Below, one piece after another: positions 35,033 through 36,599 of a stretch of 36,599 nucleotides of DNA. The stretch covers positions 1 through 36,599 of the forward strand of contig CAJVPI010000288.1 in assembly GCA_910592345.1 (NCBI GenBank), read 5' to 3'. A model generated the notes under the pieces. It did not search any database. It saw only the letters and a program-made list of their open reading frames with translations, and had not been told where the DNA came from. The DNA is from Paraglomus brasilianum. Its lineage: Eukaryota. The translations under genes and the position numbers were made by a program. Position 1 is the first letter of the stretch, and every line of letters starts with the position of its first letter.

Positions 35033-35572
35033 ATGGTTCATTTCGTAAGAAGAATAGCATTCCTCCCCAAAGCTCGTACTTTTGCGACTGCAGTCGAAGC
35101 TGGTGGTATTTCTTCTTTAGTAGCAGAACGTCAGGCTGTTGTGGAGCATGCTAAAGGTAACAATAAGAGTTGTTGAGATCGTCGTATAATGAGATGCTTG
35201 CTACTACTATTTGGGTATGTAACGAAAAAGAATGGCTATGTCTGGTATTGATTTATATGCATGGTTTGATAATTAGCCACGGCCTCACTTTGGAAGAAGA
35301 TATCTATCTACGTTTGTATTCCTGCTCTTGTCCTCTCTACCGCCAATGCCTATCGACTTATGAAGGAACACAGTAAACACGAGATTCATCCAGAGGATGT
35401 TCCCAATTATAGTTACCTGCGTATTAGAAGTAAGGTAATTCTATCAGCGTAGAACGACTTTGCATTGAATTGAAATGTTTATTGACGTTGTTTGCTTTAT
35501 GGGGATTATTAGCCTTTCTTCTGGGGTAATGGTGATCACACACTCTTCCATAATCCGGCGGTCAATAAATGA
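35033..35572 (+). CDS. COX13: Cytochrome c oxidase subunit 6A (Cox13), 113 aa; exons 35033-35156, 35277-35434, 35513-35572
   Basis: Spliced translation ...AERQAVVEHAKATASLWKKISIYVCIP...YSYLRIRSKPFFWGNGDHTLFHNPAVNK* is the COX6A signature. Confidence 0.96.
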
Positions 35573-36237
35573 ACAGCGTTGCGCATTAATGGACAAACTA
35601 AATATAAATGCACTTTGCACTATGATTCATCCGCGATATGTTGATTAACTTACACAATATTATGGAATTAACTTTTCGCATTTGAAAGAATGCAATGGAT
35701 TATTACCATTAAAATAATATACCATCGAATCATAATAGCTTATAGGATACTCCAAATTTAATGATTTATAGATTTCACTTTTTACTGAAAATGTCATTCA
35801 TCTTGCTTGGAAGGGTATTAAGAAAGACTCATCTATATATCATAATCTGTTAGAAATGTGTGGAAGTTCATATTGTCTGCCTCGGAATTACAAACGGTTT
35901 CTGCTCCAAGATCCAATTTAATCAATCATTTAGTTTTCGTGCTTAGCGAGAACGAAACGAAGAAAGATGCAGTCGTATGGAGTCCTTTGATCTGAATTGA
36001 ATTAAGATTAAAAACATCATAGGATTTGTTGCATGTGTGAACGCGATGGGCTATTCCTGAGGGCTCTTCTCAGCACGGTTCCTCCGCTAAATCGATATTC
36101 ACGACCTTAATATACCGGATACAAGACTTGACAATTTCTTCATCCGTCATTTATCAACCAGAATATACTTCTCCATAAAAGCTTTCCGTTGCTCTAATTT
36201 TTATCCTCCACTATATCGAACGAAAATATATAATATA

Positions 36238-36599
36238 CACTCCCTGGAAAAAAGTTCATGCAGTTTTTAAAAGCAATTACCGTAAACTATCGTGAATAAG
36301 GGCGCTCTTATTCCTGGTTGCGCCTTAAAAACAATGCAAAATGACTACGAATCGTCACGTAACAATTGTCCACGTTATCTCTATTTATTACATAATCACG
36401 ATGTGATAATGCAGTCGGGGAGATTTCAAATTTTGTAGATCAATTCTGGAATAATCTGTAAGAAAATCTCGAAATCTGATTGGTGCTCAGCATTGTTAGC
36501 ATAGAGAATTTGATGACGCTTTATCGATTGAATACTCAAATAAAAAATCGAAACTAACGGTAGAAACACACTTTTGAGAACATACAGTTTCAGAATCCA
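36238..36599 (+). mobile_element. Possible left end of a Tc1-like element running off the window
   Basis: TA|CACTCCCTGGAAAAAAGTTCATGC resembles the TIR tip of the element at 540. No partner is visible. Confidence 0.35.

Overview
AT-rich, intron-rich eukaryotic nuclear DNA. Gene content and short GT-AG introns suggest an early-diverging fungus (Mucoromycota/Glomeromycotina-like; inferred). I reconstructed ten protein genes by hand, several invisible in the ORF track because of splicing: YOS1, mitochondrial uL22m, ALG3, a Derlin, a bacterial-type (probably mitochondrial) histidyl-tRNA synthetase, a Med25-like Mediator subunit (VWA + ACID + Q-rich), a Clr4/SUV39-type chromo-SET methyltransferase, an intronless BTB-like protein, mitochondrial bL35m and COX13/COX6A. 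Between them are many TA-flanked Tc1/mariner-superfamily elements (Tc1, pogo/Tigger, MITEs), densest at about 26.1-33.2 kb, where a nearly intact DD34E Tc1 sits inside a deleted pogo. The most unusual observations are the fungal Med25, the intron-containing bacterial-type HisRS, an apparent ~17-aa in-frame loss in the conserved core of ALG3, and an unannotated five-micro-exon unit at 17.1-17.9 kb with structured introns. No CRISPR, rRNA or tRNA was recognised, and I found no clear-cut new multi-gene system.
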